Source: Desulfobacterales bacterium (GTDB lineage Bacteria > Desulfobacterota > Desulfobacteria > Desulfobacterales > UBA2174). From it: DNA of 64,000 nucleotides. This document shows positions 43,619 to 54,330 of the stretch, piece after piece. Numbering within the stretch: position 1 is the stretch's first letter; the number at the start of each line of letters is the position of its first letter. Under the pieces are notes generated by a model. It ran no database searches and was not told the DNA's origin. It saw only the letters and a list, made by a program, of their open reading frames with translations. The position numbers were made by a program, and so were the translations under genes. The stretch covers positions 256,001-320,000 of the forward strand of contig CAXXWC010000001.1 in the NCBI GenBank assembly GCA_963668645.2, read 5' to 3'.

Positions 43619-46600
43619 ATGAAGCCGATCCCGCGCCCGGCGCCTATGGCCAATGTCGCCGGTGAACCGAGTCTTTCCTACAAGCTTTTTCACGAATTGA
43701 TGGCGCGCAAGGTGGCCGACATCCTTCTGGTATCCAGCCCCTACGACGCTTTTATCATGGAGGAAGAAGGCCGTCTGGCCGAGCGCATCATCCTCGAATA
43801 CAGGGGCTTGAACCTGTCCCGTCCGCCCCGCCTGACCTGGGTTTCCACCGCCCAGGAGGCCATCTCGGCATTGGCCGAGAAAAAATTCGACCTGGTGATC
43901 ACCATGCCCCAGGTGGACGACATGGATGCCAACGATCTCGGGCGTACCCTCAAGTCGCGGGCTCCGGACCTGCCGGTCTTCATGCTCGGCCACACCAGCC
44001 ACCAGGCCATGCGCGACACTCAGGGGACCGAATCGAGCGGCATCGACAAACGCTTCGTCTGGCTGGGCAACTGCGACCTGCTGCTGGCCTTGGTCAAAAG
44101 CGTCGAAGACCGCTGGAACATCGCCTACGACACCCGGCGGGCCCAGGTGCGGGTCATCATCATCGTGGAAGACTCGCCGCTTTACGCCTCATCCCTGCTG
44201 CCGATGCTCTATAAGGAGATCGTCGGCCAGACCCAGCGGGTCATGGACGAATCGCTCAATGACGAGCACCGCCTTTTCCGCATGCGCGGCCGGCCCAAGA
44301 TCGTCACCGCCGAGACCTATGAGGAAGCCCTGACGCTCTGGGAACGCTACAAGCCTTACCTGCTGTGTGTCATCTCGGATGTGCGCTTTTCACGGACCGG
44401 TAAAATCGACCCCGAGGCAGGCTTTACACTGCTGAAAAAAATCCATGCCGAACGCCCGGACCTGCCGCTGCTCAACCTGAGCAGCGATGAAGAGAACCGG
44501 GCTTTGGCCGAGGCGGTACCGGCGGTTTTCTGCAACAAGAACTCATCGACCCTGATGGCCGAAATCCGCGATTTTTTTATTCAGCATTGCGGGTTCGGCC
44601 CCTTCGTCTTCCGCGATGAAGCCGGCAACGAGGTCGGCCGCGCCGAGAACCTGCGGGCCATGGAAAAGGTGCTCGCCCAAATCCCCGACGCCGTGGTCCG
44701 GGCCCATGCCGGCCGCAACGATTTTTCAAGCTGGCTCATGGCCCGCGGCGAAATCCTGCTCGCCACCCATCTGCGGCCCATCGCGGTGGACGACTTCGCC
44801 TCCATCGACGGCCTCAAACGCTACCTGATCGAATGCATCCGGTATCGACGCAAGGGGCTTCAGCGCGGGGTGATCACCGAAATGGGCGCCGCCGGCTACG
44901 ATCCGGATGTCGATTTCGTCAAGGTTGGCAAGGGCTCCCTGGGCGGCAAGGCCCGGGGCCTGGCATTCATCTCCACCCAGATGCAGGGCATGGAGCGGCT
45001 CCAGAAGCATTTCACCAGTATGGATATCCGGATTCCCAAGACGCTGGTAATATCCACCGAAGGATTCGATGCCTTCCTTGCGGAAAACGAAATCACGGGA
45101 ATGGCCGACTGCGATCTGGAAGACGATTCCATCAGCGCGCGTTTTGCCGCCGCCAGACTTCCGGACTGGGTCGAAAAGGCCCTGGCGGCCTTTTTAGAAC
45201 AGGCCGACTACCCCTTGGCGGTGCGCTCTTCGAGTCTTTTGGAAGACGCCCTCTTCCAGCCTTTTGCCGGCATCTACCACACCTACATGCTGCCCAACTG
45301 CCACCCGGACCCGTCCCAGCGCCTGGAGCGCCTGGGGCAGGCCGTGCGCCAGGTCTATGCCTCGACGTTCATGCGCCGGTCGCGGGCCTATGCCCGCAGC
45401 ACCATGCACCGCACCGAGGACGAAAAGATGGCGGTGATCGTCCAGCAGCTCATCGGACGGCGCTGCGGCGACTATTTTTACCCCGGATTGTCCGGCGTGG
45501 CACGCTCGTTGAATCACTATCCGGTCGGCCCCATGCGTTCCCAGGACGGGATCGCGGTCATCGCCCTGGGGTTGGGCAAAACCGTGGTCGACGGCGGCCA
45601 GGCCCTGCGCTTCTCCCCCCCCTACCCCCAGTATCTGCCCCAGTTTTCCAACGTGGAGGACATCCTGGCCAACGCCCAGCGGCGCTTTTACGCCCTGCAC
45701 ATGGATGACTTTCCCGAGATCCTGACCGGCGATGACAGCACCCTGGTGAGCCTGGAAGTGGATCAGGCGGCCGACCATCCGGCGGTGCGCTACCTGGCCA
45801 GCAGTTACAGCCCGGCCGACCACCGCATCCGTGACGGTATGGGCGGCCGCGACAACTTTCCGGTCATCACCTGCGCCCGGCTGCTCAAGTACCGCGAGTT
45901 CCCCTTGCCCGAACTGATCGGCGATTGCCTCGAACTGGGCCGCCGGGGCATGGGCGGCCCGGTGGAGATCGAGTTTGCCGTCAATCTTCCCGCAGAGCCG
46001 GACCTGCGGCCGGAATTCGTCCTGCTCCAGATCCGGCCCATGGGTACGGGACGGGGGGGGCAGGAGGTGCAGATTACGCCGCAAGACATCGAAAAAGCCT
46101 TTTGCCATTCGAGCCAGGCCCTTGGAAACGGGCAGATCGACACCATCTCCGACATCGTCTATGTGCGTCCAAAGACCTTCGATCCGGCCCGCACGGTGGA
46201 AATCGCCGCCCAGATCGGTCTGCTCAACGGCCGGCTGGCCGCCGAAAATCGCTCCTATCTGCTCATCGGCCCGGGCCGCTGGGGCACGGCCGACCGCTGG
46301 CTCGGCATCCCCGTGGACTGGCACCAGATCTCCGCCGTGGGCGCCATCGTGGAAACTCGCCTGGACAACCTCAAACCAGACCCGAGCCAGGGATCGCATT
46401 TCTTTCACAACATCACCAGCCTGGGGATCGGCTACGTCACCGTGGCCGACAGCGACCAGGGCCGCATCGACTGGTCCTGGCTGGAATCCCGGCCGGCGGT
46501 GGAAGAAACGGCCTTCCTGCGCCATTTGAGGTTCGAAGAGCCGCTGACGATCAAGATCGACGGCACATCGTCCCAGGGGGTGATGATCGCTGGGCGGCAG

Positions 46601-46621
46601 GATTCAACTGAAGGGCTCTGA
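43619..46621 (+). CDS. Receiver-like domains fused to a PEP synthase/PPDK nucleotide-binding domain
   Basis: ILLVSSPYDAFIMEEEG N-terminus; GSLGGKARGL, PLAVRSSSLLED..QPFAGIY, MAVIVQ, ALGLG, EIEFA, LLQIRP; C-terminal GPGRWG and SQGSHFFHN. Confidence 0.85.
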   Translation: MKPIPRPAPMANVAGEPSLSYKLFHELMARKVADILLVSSPYDAFIMEEEGRLAERIILEYRGLNLSRPPRLTWVSTAQEAISALAEKKFDLVITMPQVDDMDANDLGRTLKSRAPDLPVFMLGHTSHQAMRDTQGTESSGIDKRFVWLGNCDLLLALVKSVEDRWNIAYDTRRAQVRVIIIVEDSPLYASSLLPMLYKEIVGQTQRVMDESLNDEHRLFRMRGRPKIVTAETYEEALTLWERYKPYLLCVISDVRFSRTGKIDPEAGFTLLKKIHAERPDLPLLNLSSDEENRALAEAVPAVFCNKNSSTLMAEIRDFFIQHCGFGPFVFRDEAGNEVGRAENLRAMEKVLAQIPDAVVRAHAGRNDFSSWLMARGEILLATHLRPIAVDDFASIDGLKRYLIECIRYRRKGLQRGVITEMGAAGYDPDVDFVKVGKGSLGGKARGLAFISTQMQGMERLQKHFTSMDIRIPKTLVISTEGFDAFLAENEITGMADCDLEDDSISARFAAARLPDWVEKALAAFLEQADYPLAVRSSSLLEDALFQPFAGIYHTYMLPNCHPDPSQRLERLGQAVRQVYASTFMRRSRAYARSTMHRTEDEKMAVIVQQLIGRRCGDYFYPGLSGVARSLNHYPVGPMRSQDGIAVIALGLGKTVVDGGQALRFSPPYPQYLPQFSNVEDILANAQRRFYALHMDDFPEILTGDDSTLVSLEVDQAADHPAVRYLASSYSPADHRIRDGMGGRDNFPVITCARLLKYREFPLPELIGDCLELGRRGMGGPVEIEFAVNLPAEPDLRPEFVLLQIRPMGTGRGGQEVQITPQDIEKAFCHSSQALGNGQIDTISDIVYVRPKTFDPARTVEIAAQIGLLNGRLAAENRSYLLIGPGRWGTADRWLGIPVDWHQISAVGAIVETRLDNLKPDPSQGSHFFHNITSLGIGYVTVADSDQGRIDWSWLESRPAVEETAFLRHLRFEEPLTIKIDGTSSQGVMIAGRQDSTEGL

Positions 46622-46679
46622 AACCGTTGTCAGACAAGTCCGGTGAATGTGGCCTGTCCGGACGGCCTGCGGGACATCT

Positions 46680-47672
46680 TCAAAGATCACTTCCTTGGAG
46701 AAATGCCTCGATCTGCGTCAGCAGCAGATCGAGGTCCTGCGGGGCCGTCCAGCGGATCTCGGGGTCGGCCCGAAACCAGGTGAACTGGCGCTTGGCAAAG
46801 CGGCGCGTATCGCGTTTGAGGGTGGCCACGGCCTCCTGCAATTCCATGTGCCCGCCCAGCCAGGCGCACATGTGGCGGTAGCCCAAAGACTGCATCGACT
46901 TTAAATCCGGGCTGTAGCCGCGCGCGAGCAGGCCGCGCACCTCGGCTTCCAATCCTTGTGCCAGCATCGTATCGACCCGCTCTTCGATCCGGGCATAGAG
47001 GGTTTCGCGGTCCATCTCCAGACCGATCTTGAAGCAAAGATAGGGCGTATCGGCAAAGCCGTGGCGCCGATGGTGTTCACTCATGGGGCGGCCGCTGAGG
47101 CCATGGACTTCCAGCGCCCGCACGATGCGCAGCGCATCGTTGGGATGCAACCGGTCCGCCGTAGCCGGATCCACCTCTGCCAGCCGCCGATGAAGGGCCG
47201 CGGAGCCGAGAACCGCCACCTCCTCTGCCAGGCGCTGGCGCAGCTGCGGATCGGACGGGGCTTCGCGTGCCAGTCCATAAAGCAAGGCCTTGATATAGAG
47301 GCCCGTTCCGCCGGCGACGATGGGCACCCGGCCCCGGGACAAAATATCCGCGATGGCGCTGCGGCCCGAACGGGCAAAGCAGGCTGCATCAAATGGCGCA
47401 TCCGGATCGACCACGTCCACCAGGTGGTGCCTGGCCAGGGCCTGCTCGGCGGCCGTGGGCTTGGCCGTGCCGATATCCATGTAGCGGTAGACCTGCATGG
47501 AATCGGCGTTGACGATCTCGCCGCCGAAGCGCCGGGCCAGGTCGATGGCGGTGCGGGTCTTGCCGGCGGCGGTAGGGCCGCATACGACGATGATAAGGGG
47601 TTTGGCCGCCAACGGATCTCCTCGCTGTGAAAACGCCTTTATCCCGGTTTGAGGCGCGGTTGATGAAAACAA
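46680..47672 (-). CDS. miaA: tRNA dimethylallyltransferase
   Basis: GPTAAGKT, NADSMQVYRYMDIGTAKP, GGTGLY, TRRFAKRQFTWF. The true start is probably near 47613. Confidence 0.96.
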   Translation of the reverse strand: MFSSTAPQTGIKAFSQRGDPLAAKPLIIVVCGPTAAGKTRTAIDLARRFGGEIVNADSMQVYRYMDIGTAKPTAAEQALARHHLVDVVDPDAPFDAACFARSGRSAIADILSRGRVPIVAGGTGLYIKALLYGLAREAPSDPQLRQRLAEEVAVLGSAALHRRLAEVDPATADRLHPNDALRIVRALEVHGLSGRPMSEHHRRHGFADTPYLCFKIGLEMDRETLYARIEERVDTMLAQGLEAEVRGLLARGYSPDLKSMQSLGYRHMCAWLGGHMELQEAVATLKRDTRRFAKRQFTWFRADPEIRWTAPQDLDLLLTQIEAFLQGSDL

Positions 47673-47745
47673 GAGGCTTTGTAGCCGGCGGCAACTATGC
47701 TATGCAAGCAAAAAGGATCGATCGGGTCGGCAAACCGGAGGGGCC

Positions 47746-49185
47746 ATGAACATCGCGATGGTCGGCGGCGGCAACAGCTCCATCCAGTTGATGCGCATGA
47801 TGGAGCGCCACACGTTCACGACCTTCGATCCGGAACCGCGCATCATCGCCGTGGCTGATCCCAACCCCAACGCGCCCGGCCGTAAGATGGCCGAAAAACT
47901 GGGGCTCTTCAGCACTCACGACTACCACGATTTTTTCGCCCGCCCGGAAATCGATCTGATCATTGAACTGACCGGTTCGATGGATGTCTACAACGATATT
48001 CTGCGCCGGAAACCCTCCCGGATGCATGCCATCTCCGCACTTACCGCGAGGCTTTTCTGGGAAGTGGCCGATACTGCCAGCCGGGCCAGCCAGACCAACC
48101 AGAAGCTGAAAAAGACCCGCCATCTTTACGAAGTACTGATCAACGAACTCGTCCAGGAAGAGGTCGTGGTGATCCGGGCCGATTTCCGGATCCTGGATGT
48201 CAACGACACCCTGACCCGGCGCCTGGGCGTGCGGCGCGAGGAGCTGATCGGCCAATTCTGCTACAAGGTCACCCATCACCAGGACCATCCCTGCGGCGGC
48301 GACCAGCACCCCTGCCCGCTGGTCGAGACACTGGCCACCGGAAAGCCGTCCCAGACCACCCACATCCATACGGATGCCACCGGGCGCGAAACCTTCGTTT
48401 CCATCTCCTGCTACCCCCTGTTCGAAAACGGCCGCGTTTATGGGGCGGTGGAGATCTCGCGGGACATCACCGGCGACATCAACCTTCAAAAAACAATGAT
48501 GCGCCAGGAAAAGCTCGCCTCCATCGGCCGCCTCTCGGCCGGCGTGGCCCATGAAATCAACAATCCACTGACCACCATTTTGACCCGCACCCTGCTGATC
48601 CAGGAAGACCTCGATCCGGGCCACCCCACCTATCCGGAGTTGAGTCTGATCGCCAATGAGGCGATGCGCTGCCGCAATATCGTCTTGAGTCTCCTCGACT
48701 TTGCCCGCCAGGTCGAACCGCAAAAAAAACGAGAATCGGTCAACACGGTTGCCAGGGCCGCCATCACCCTGACCCAGAAGCAGGCCGAACTGCGCCATGT
48801 GACCATCGAGGCGACCTTCGACGAACGGATCCCGCCCATCTACATCGATCCGCAGCAGATCCAGCAGGCCTTGATCCACCTGATCCTCAATGCCGTTGAA
48901 GCCAGCCCCCCGGAGACCGAGGTGGCGCTGAGCACCCGCCTGGCGGCCGATGCAGGCATGGTGGAGGTCGCCGTGGCCGATCATGGCCGCGGCATGAGCG
49001 ATGTGGAACTGGACCGCATCTTCGATCCATTTTTCAGCACCAAGGAACTCGGTACCGGCCTGGGGCTGGCCATTACCCACGGCATCATCGAACAGCACGA
49101 CGGGGTGATCAGCGTCAACAGCCGCAAGGGGCATGGCACCACCCTGACATTTCGGCTGCCGCTGGCGCCGACAAATGAGCATTAA
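47746..49185 (+). CDS. Sensor histidine kinase with N-terminal Rossmann-like domain and PAS
   Basis: MNIAMVGGG...IIAVADPN...IDLIIELTG; PAS with CYKVTH..DHPC....HPCP; LSAGVAHEINNPL, GTGLGLA. Confidence 0.88.
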   Translation: MNIAMVGGGNSSIQLMRMMERHTFTTFDPEPRIIAVADPNPNAPGRKMAEKLGLFSTHDYHDFFARPEIDLIIELTGSMDVYNDILRRKPSRMHAISALTARLFWEVADTASRASQTNQKLKKTRHLYEVLINELVQEEVVVIRADFRILDVNDTLTRRLGVRREELIGQFCYKVTHHQDHPCGGDQHPCPLVETLATGKPSQTTHIHTDATGRETFVSISCYPLFENGRVYGAVEISRDITGDINLQKTMMRQEKLASIGRLSAGVAHEINNPLTTILTRTLLIQEDLDPGHPTYPELSLIANEAMRCRNIVLSLLDFARQVEPQKKRESVNTVARAAITLTQKQAELRHVTIEATFDERIPPIYIDPQQIQQALIHLILNAVEASPPETEVALSTRLAADAGMVEVAVADHGRGMSDVELDRIFDPFFSTKELGTGLGLAITHGIIEQHDGVISVNSRKGHGTTLTFRLPLAPTNEH

Positions 49186-49388
49186 CTCATTATGACGACT
49201 TTCAATTTCTTCTCTGACCCATTTCCAGCGCCACTCCAGAAAGGTACCGAAACGCCGAATTTTATTGACAAGATTGAGGTCACCCGATAGGAAGACGCTT
49301 TATTTGGACCGGCCCGGTGGGTATCGGTCCGCCTCGCGCTTTGACCGCGTAATCATGTTCACTGAATTCAATCCCAAGGAGTTACACC

Positions 49389-52300
49389 ATGTCCAAGGAT
49401 GTCATTGGTTCGGTTCTTATCGTCGGCGGCGGCATCGCCGGGATGCAGTCGGCCCTGGATCTGGCCAATTCGGGATATCATGTTTATATGGTTGAAAAAT
49501 CCTCGGCCATCGGCGGCGTGATGGCCCAGTTGGACAAGACGTTTCCGACCAACGATTGTGCCATGTGCATCATGTCCCCCATTCTGGTGGAGGTCGGACG
49601 GCACGTAAACATCGAGATGATCACCTGCGCCCAAGTCGAATCGATCCAGGGCGAGGCGGGTCATTTCCAGGTCCAGGTCCGCAAGCAACCCCGGTTCATC
49701 GACCCCCAGGTCTGCACCGGCTGCGGGGATTGCGCCACCGTCTGCCCCATCCAGCGCCCCAACGAGTATGAGCTCGGCATGGTGGAGCGCAAGGCCACCC
49801 ACCGGCGCTACGCCCAGGCGGTTCCCGGCGCTTTTGCCATCTCCAAGAACGGTACCGCCCCCTGCCGGGCCACCTGCCCGGCCCATGTGAGCGTTCAGGG
49901 GTTTATCGCCCTGATCAACGACGGCCGCTACAGTGAGGCCATCGAGCTTTTCAAGCAGGACCACCCCTTTCCCGGGGTTTGCGGCCGGGTCTGCACCCAT
50001 CCGTGCGAAAGTTCCTGTACCCGCCAGACGGTGGACCAGCCCCTGGGGATCATGAACCTGCACCGCTTTCTGGCCGACACGGACCGGGCCAGCGGCAATC
50101 CCTACGTGCCGGTCAAAAAAGCCCAGCGCGACGAAAAGATCGCCATCGTGGGGGCCGGGCCGGCCGGGTTGACCTGTGCCTATTTTCTGGCCATCGAGGG
50201 CTACCAGGTGACCGTTTTCGAGAAGCTGCCGGTCCTCGGCGGCATGCTCAGCGTGGGAATCCCTTCATACCGGCTGCCCCGGGATGTGATCGATTCGGAA
50301 ATCCAGATCATCAAGGATCTGGGCGTGAACTTCAAGACCGGGGTGGAAATCGGCAAGGATTTTACCATCGGTCAACTGCGCGACCAGGGCTACAAGGCTT
50401 TCTTCATCGGTATCGGGGCCCAGGAGTGCAAGCGCCTCGGTATCGAGGGCGAGGATTACCAGGGCGTCTTTCCCGGGGTCGACTTTCTGCGCGAGGTCAA
50501 CCTGGGCAACCGCATTCACCTGGGCGACCGGGTGGCGGTGATCGGCGGCGGCAACGTGGCCATGGACTGCGTGCGCACGGCCCTGCGCACCGGCTCCAAG
50601 AAGCCTTTTATCATCTACCGGCGCGCCATCGAACAGATGCCGGCCAACGCCGACGAGATCGAAGAGTGCCACGAAGAGGGCATCGAGCTGATGACCTTGA
50701 CCAATCCGACCCGGGTCATCGCTGAAAACGGCCGCGTCACGGCCATCGAATGTATTCGCATGGAACTGGGCGCACCGGACGCCAGCGGCCGGCGGCGGCC
50801 CGTGCCGGTGCAAGGTTCGGAGTTCATTATCGAGGTCGACGCGGTGATCCCGGCCATCGGCCAGGAGACGGACTGGGCCTGCCTCACCGACGAGTGCGCC
50901 TGCACCCTGAGCGACTGGGGCACGATGAAGGTCGATGCGGTCACCTTGCAGACCTCCGATCCGGACATCTTTGCCGGCGGCGATGCGGTCACCGGCCCTG
51001 CCACGGTGGTCGAGGCCATCGGCGCCGGCAAGGAGGCGGCGGTTTCCATCGACCGCTTCATCCGCGACGAAGCGCTGGACACCGGGCGCAAGACCGACTG
51101 GACGCCGGTCCAGGACGTGCCCACCGAAGGGGTGGCCAGCGCCGCCCGCCAGCCGATGCCGTTGCTGGCCGCCGAGGTCCGCACCACCAACTTCAACGAG
51201 GTCCAGCTCGGCTACGACGAGCAGACCTCGCGCGCCGAGGCCGGCCGCTGCCTGGAATGTGCGGTCTGCTGCGAGTGCTACCAGTGCGTGGCGGCTTGCA
51301 AGGCCGGAGCCGTGACCATGGAAACCCACAGCCAGAAGCCCGAAACCGTGACCATCGAAACCGGTGCGGTGATCCTGGCGCCCGGGTTCGAACCGTTCAA
51401 TCCGTCCGGGTTCGACAGCTACGGCTATGCCACTCATCCCAACGTGATGAGCGCCATCGAATTCGAGCGCATCCTGGCCGCATCGGGTCCCAGCGAAGGC
51501 CACCTGATCCGCCGCAGCGACCACAAGGAGCCGGAAAAGATCGCCTGGTTCCAGTGCGTCGGATCGCGCGATCTGAACCGCTGCGACAACAGCTACTGCT
51601 CCTCGGTCTGCTGTATGTACGCCATCAAAGAGGCGGTTATCGCCAAGGAGCATTCGGCCAAGCCGCTGGACTGCGCCATCTTTTTCATGGACATGCGCAC
51701 CCACGGCAAGGACTTCGAGCGCGCTTACAATGACGCCCGCGACAAACACGGGATCCGCTTTATCCGCAGCCGGGTGCACACCATCGATCCGGTGGGCGAC
51801 AGCGGGGACCTCTCGCTGCGCTACGTGACCGAATCGGGTGAGATCAAAACCGAAACCTTCGACATGATCGTGCTCTCGGTCGGTCTCCAGACGCCGGCGG
51901 AAACCATCGACCTGGCCAAACGGCTCGACATCCAGCTGACCCCGGGCAACTTCGTCAAAAGCGAACCGTTTGCCCCGATGGCCACCAACCGGCCGGGGAT
52001 CTTCGTCTGCGGCGCCTTCCAGGGACCGCGGGACATCCCCCAATCGGTGGTCGACGCCAGCGCGGCGGCGGCGGCGGCCGGCGAGATCCTGGCCGAAGCG
52101 CGAGACACCCTGACGGTGATTCCCGAAAAAGTGCCCGAGGTCAACGTGTTCAACGAACGGCCCAGCATCGGGGTTTTCGTTTGCCACTGCGGCATCAATA
52201 TCGGCGGGATCGTGGATGTGCCCGGGGTACGCGATTATGCGGCAAGTCTGCCCTATGTCGAATATGTGGCCGACAACATGTACACCTGCTCCCAGGACAC

Positions 52301-53843
52301 CCAGGACACCATGACCCAGGTGATCAAGGAAAAGGGGCTGAACCGGGTGGTAGTGGCGGCCTGTACCCCCAAGACCCACGAACCGCTTTTCCAGGAAACC
52401 CTTATCGCCGCCGGACTGAATAAATACCTTTTCGAGTTCGTCAACATCCGCAATCACGATTCCTGGGTGCATCGCAACAACCCGGATCTGGCCACCAAAA
52501 AAGCCAAGGACCTGCTGCGTATGGCCGTGGCCAAGGTCGCCTTGATGCAGCCGCTCGAAGAGGCCCAGCTCGACGTAAACCAGACCGCGATGGTCATCGG
52601 CGGCGGTATCTCCGGCATGGCTGCGGCCAAGAACCTGGCGAGCCAGGGCTATACCACCCATCTGGTCGAGCGCGAGAGCGCGCTGGGCGGCCAGGCCCGC
52701 CACCTTTTCCGCACCCTGGACGGCAAGCCGGTGGCCGACCAGCTCGAGCGGCTGATCGCCGATGTCACCAGCGATCCGAACATCCAGCTCCATCTGGGCA
52801 GTGAACTGGCCGCCGTGGAAGGATTTGTCGGCAACTTCAAAAGCACGGTGAAAAACCAGACGGCCGAGGAAACCTTCGAGCACGGAGTGGCGATCATCGC
52901 CACCGGCGCCAAGCCCCTGGTGCCCACGGAATACAGTTACGGCCAGGATCCACGGGTCATCACCGGCCTGGAGCTGGACGCCCGGCTCAAAGCCGACGAT
53001 CCGGCCCTGGCAGACCTCGATACGGCCGTTTTCATCCAATGCGTCGGCAGCCGCGAACCGGACCGGCCCTATTGCAGCCGGGTCTGCTGCACCCATTCCA
53101 TCGACAACGCGCTGGCCCTCAAGGAACGCAATCCCAACGCCCGCATTTACATCCTCTACCGCGATATCCGCACCTACGGCGAACGCGAGTACCTTTACCG
53201 GGAAGCGCGCGAAAAAGGCGTTATCTTCATCCGCTACAGCCTGGATACCAAGCCCTGCGTCGAGCTGGCCGACGGCCGGATGCTGGTCACCGTCACCGAC
53301 CCCATCCTGGGCAGGCCCGTCATCATCGAGACTGATCTGTTGACCCTGGCCACCGCCATCGTTCCTTACCCCAACGATGCCCTGGCCCAGTTCTTCAAAA
53401 TTCCGGTCAATTACGACGGCTTCTTTGCGGAAAAACACGTGAAACTGGGGCCGAGCGATTTTTCCACCGACGGGGTCTTCCTCTGCGGCATGGCCCACTA
53501 TCCCAAGCCCATCGACGAATCGGTCAGCCAGGGCAAGGCCGCGGCCAGCCGGGCCGTCACCCTCCTGGCGCGCCGCAACATCAGCACCATCGGCCAGGTG
53601 GCACGCGTCAACCCGGCCCTGTGCAGCATGTGCGGTATCTGTGTTTCCGTCTGCCCCTACTCGGCCCCCTCGTTCCGCGCCCCGGATGAACGCTTCTGGC
53701 CGGAACGGGCCGAAATCAACCCGGTGCTGTGCAAAGGCTGCGGCCTGTGCGTGGCTTCATGTCGCAGCGGTGCGATCCATCTGAACGGGTTCGATACCGA
53801 TCAGATTTTTGCCCAGATCGGCGCCTTTAACGAGGCTGTGTAA
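49389..53843 (+). CDS. hdrA: Heterodisulfide reductase subunit A-like protein with inserted GltD-like NAD(P)H/FAD module (HdrL type)
   Basis: LDKTFPTNDCAMC, GVCGRVC, IVGAGPAG, VIGGGNVAMD, YCSSVCCMYA, CHCGINI, AACTP, YCSRVCC, and C-terminal 2x[4Fe-4S]. Confidence 0.93.
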   Translation: MSKDVIGSVLIVGGGIAGMQSALDLANSGYHVYMVEKSSAIGGVMAQLDKTFPTNDCAMCIMSPILVEVGRHVNIEMITCAQVESIQGEAGHFQVQVRKQPRFIDPQVCTGCGDCATVCPIQRPNEYELGMVERKATHRRYAQAVPGAFAISKNGTAPCRATCPAHVSVQGFIALINDGRYSEAIELFKQDHPFPGVCGRVCTHPCESSCTRQTVDQPLGIMNLHRFLADTDRASGNPYVPVKKAQRDEKIAIVGAGPAGLTCAYFLAIEGYQVTVFEKLPVLGGMLSVGIPSYRLPRDVIDSEIQIIKDLGVNFKTGVEIGKDFTIGQLRDQGYKAFFIGIGAQECKRLGIEGEDYQGVFPGVDFLREVNLGNRIHLGDRVAVIGGGNVAMDCVRTALRTGSKKPFIIYRRAIEQMPANADEIEECHEEGIELMTLTNPTRVIAENGRVTAIECIRMELGAPDASGRRRPVPVQGSEFIIEVDAVIPAIGQETDWACLTDECACTLSDWGTMKVDAVTLQTSDPDIFAGGDAVTGPATVVEAIGAGKEAAVSIDRFIRDEALDTGRKTDWTPVQDVPTEGVASAARQPMPLLAAEVRTTNFNEVQLGYDEQTSRAEAGRCLECAVCCECYQCVAACKAGAVTMETHSQKPETVTIETGAVILAPGFEPFNPSGFDSYGYATHPNVMSAIEFERILAASGPSEGHLIRRSDHKEPEKIAWFQCVGSRDLNRCDNSYCSSVCCMYAIKEAVIAKEHSAKPLDCAIFFMDMRTHGKDFERAYNDARDKHGIRFIRSRVHTIDPVGDSGDLSLRYVTESGEIKTETFDMIVLSVGLQTPAETIDLAKRLDIQLTPGNFVKSEPFAPMATNRPGIFVCGAFQGPRDIPQSVVDASAAAAAAGEILAEARDTLTVIPEKVPEVNVFNERPSIGVFVCHCGINIGGIVDVPGVRDYAASLPYVEYVADNMYTCSQDTQDTMTQVIKEKGLNRVVVAACTPKTHEPLFQETLIAAGLNKYLFEFVNIRNHDSWVHRNNPDLATKKAKDLLRMAVAKVALMQPLEEAQLDVNQTAMVIGGGISGMAAAKNLASQGYTTHLVERESALGGQARHLFRTLDGKPVADQLERLIADVTSDPNIQLHLGSELAAVEGFVGNFKSTVKNQTAEETFEHGVAIIATGAKPLVPTEYSYGQDPRVITGLELDARLKADDPALADLDTAVFIQCVGSREPDRPYCSRVCCTHSIDNALALKERNPNARIYILYRDIRTYGEREYLYREAREKGVIFIRYSLDTKPCVELADGRMLVTVTDPILGRPVIIETDLLTLATAIVPYPNDALAQFFKIPVNYDGFFAEKHVKLGPSDFSTDGVFLCGMAHYPKPIDESVSQGKAAASRAVTLLARRNISTIGQVARVNPALCSMCGICVSVCPYSAPSFRAPDERFWPERAEINPVLCKGCGLCVASCRSGAIHLNGFDTDQIFAQIGAFNEAV

Positions 53844-53888
53844 CCCGGAGCGCCGCACTGCTCGTGGGAGTGGTGCAACGTCAAGGAG

Positions 53889-54329
53889 ATGAAAAATATG
53901 GAACAATGGGAACCTAAAATCGTCTGTTTCTTTTGCAACTGGTGCACTTATGGAGCCGCCGACTTGGCTGGGGTTAGCCGTTTCGAGCACCCATCCAACA
54001 CCCGGGTGATCCGGCTTCCGTGCTCCGGGCGCGTCAGTCCCAAGTTCATCCTCGCCGCTTTTCGCGAAGGCGCGGACGGCGTATGGATTTCGGGATGCCA
54101 CCCGGGAGACTGCCATTACATCGAAGGCAACTACTATGCACGGCGCAAATTCACCCTGCTGAAATCCCTGATCGAATACATGGGCGTCGAGCCGGACCGG
54201 CTGCACTTTTCATGGATATCTTCGGGTGAAGCGACCAAGTACGTCCAGGTCGCCAAAGAGGTCATCGAGAAAGTCCGCGCCCTTGGTCCAAACCAAAATT
54301 TCACCAAAAAAGAGCTGAAGGTGGCCTGA
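53889..54329 (+). CDS. mvhD: MvhD/FlxD [2Fe-2S] subunit
   Basis: FFCNWCTYGAAD, LPCSGRV, GCHPGDCHY, WIS. Confidence 0.93.
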   Translation: MKNMEQWEPKIVCFFCNWCTYGAADLAGVSRFEHPSNTRVIRLPCSGRVSPKFILAAFREGADGVWISGCHPGDCHYIEGNYYARRKFTLLKSLIEYMGVEPDRLHFSWISSGEATKYVQVAKEVIEKVRALGPNQNFTKKELKVA

Positions 54330-54330
54330 C

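Noticed and set aside
50265..53498. 1077-aa minus-strand ORF, and similar long antisense ORFs (680-2089, 47695-49182, 35602-37194, 45194-46525)
   Set aside because: These are shadow frames opposite well-supported genes in GC-rich DNA, with no recognisable motifs.
49389..54329. Selenocysteine recoding in hdrA or mvhD
   Set aside because: Both ORFs are uninterrupted, with Cys codons at the positions checked (NDCAMC, GCHPGDCHY) and no in-frame TGA.
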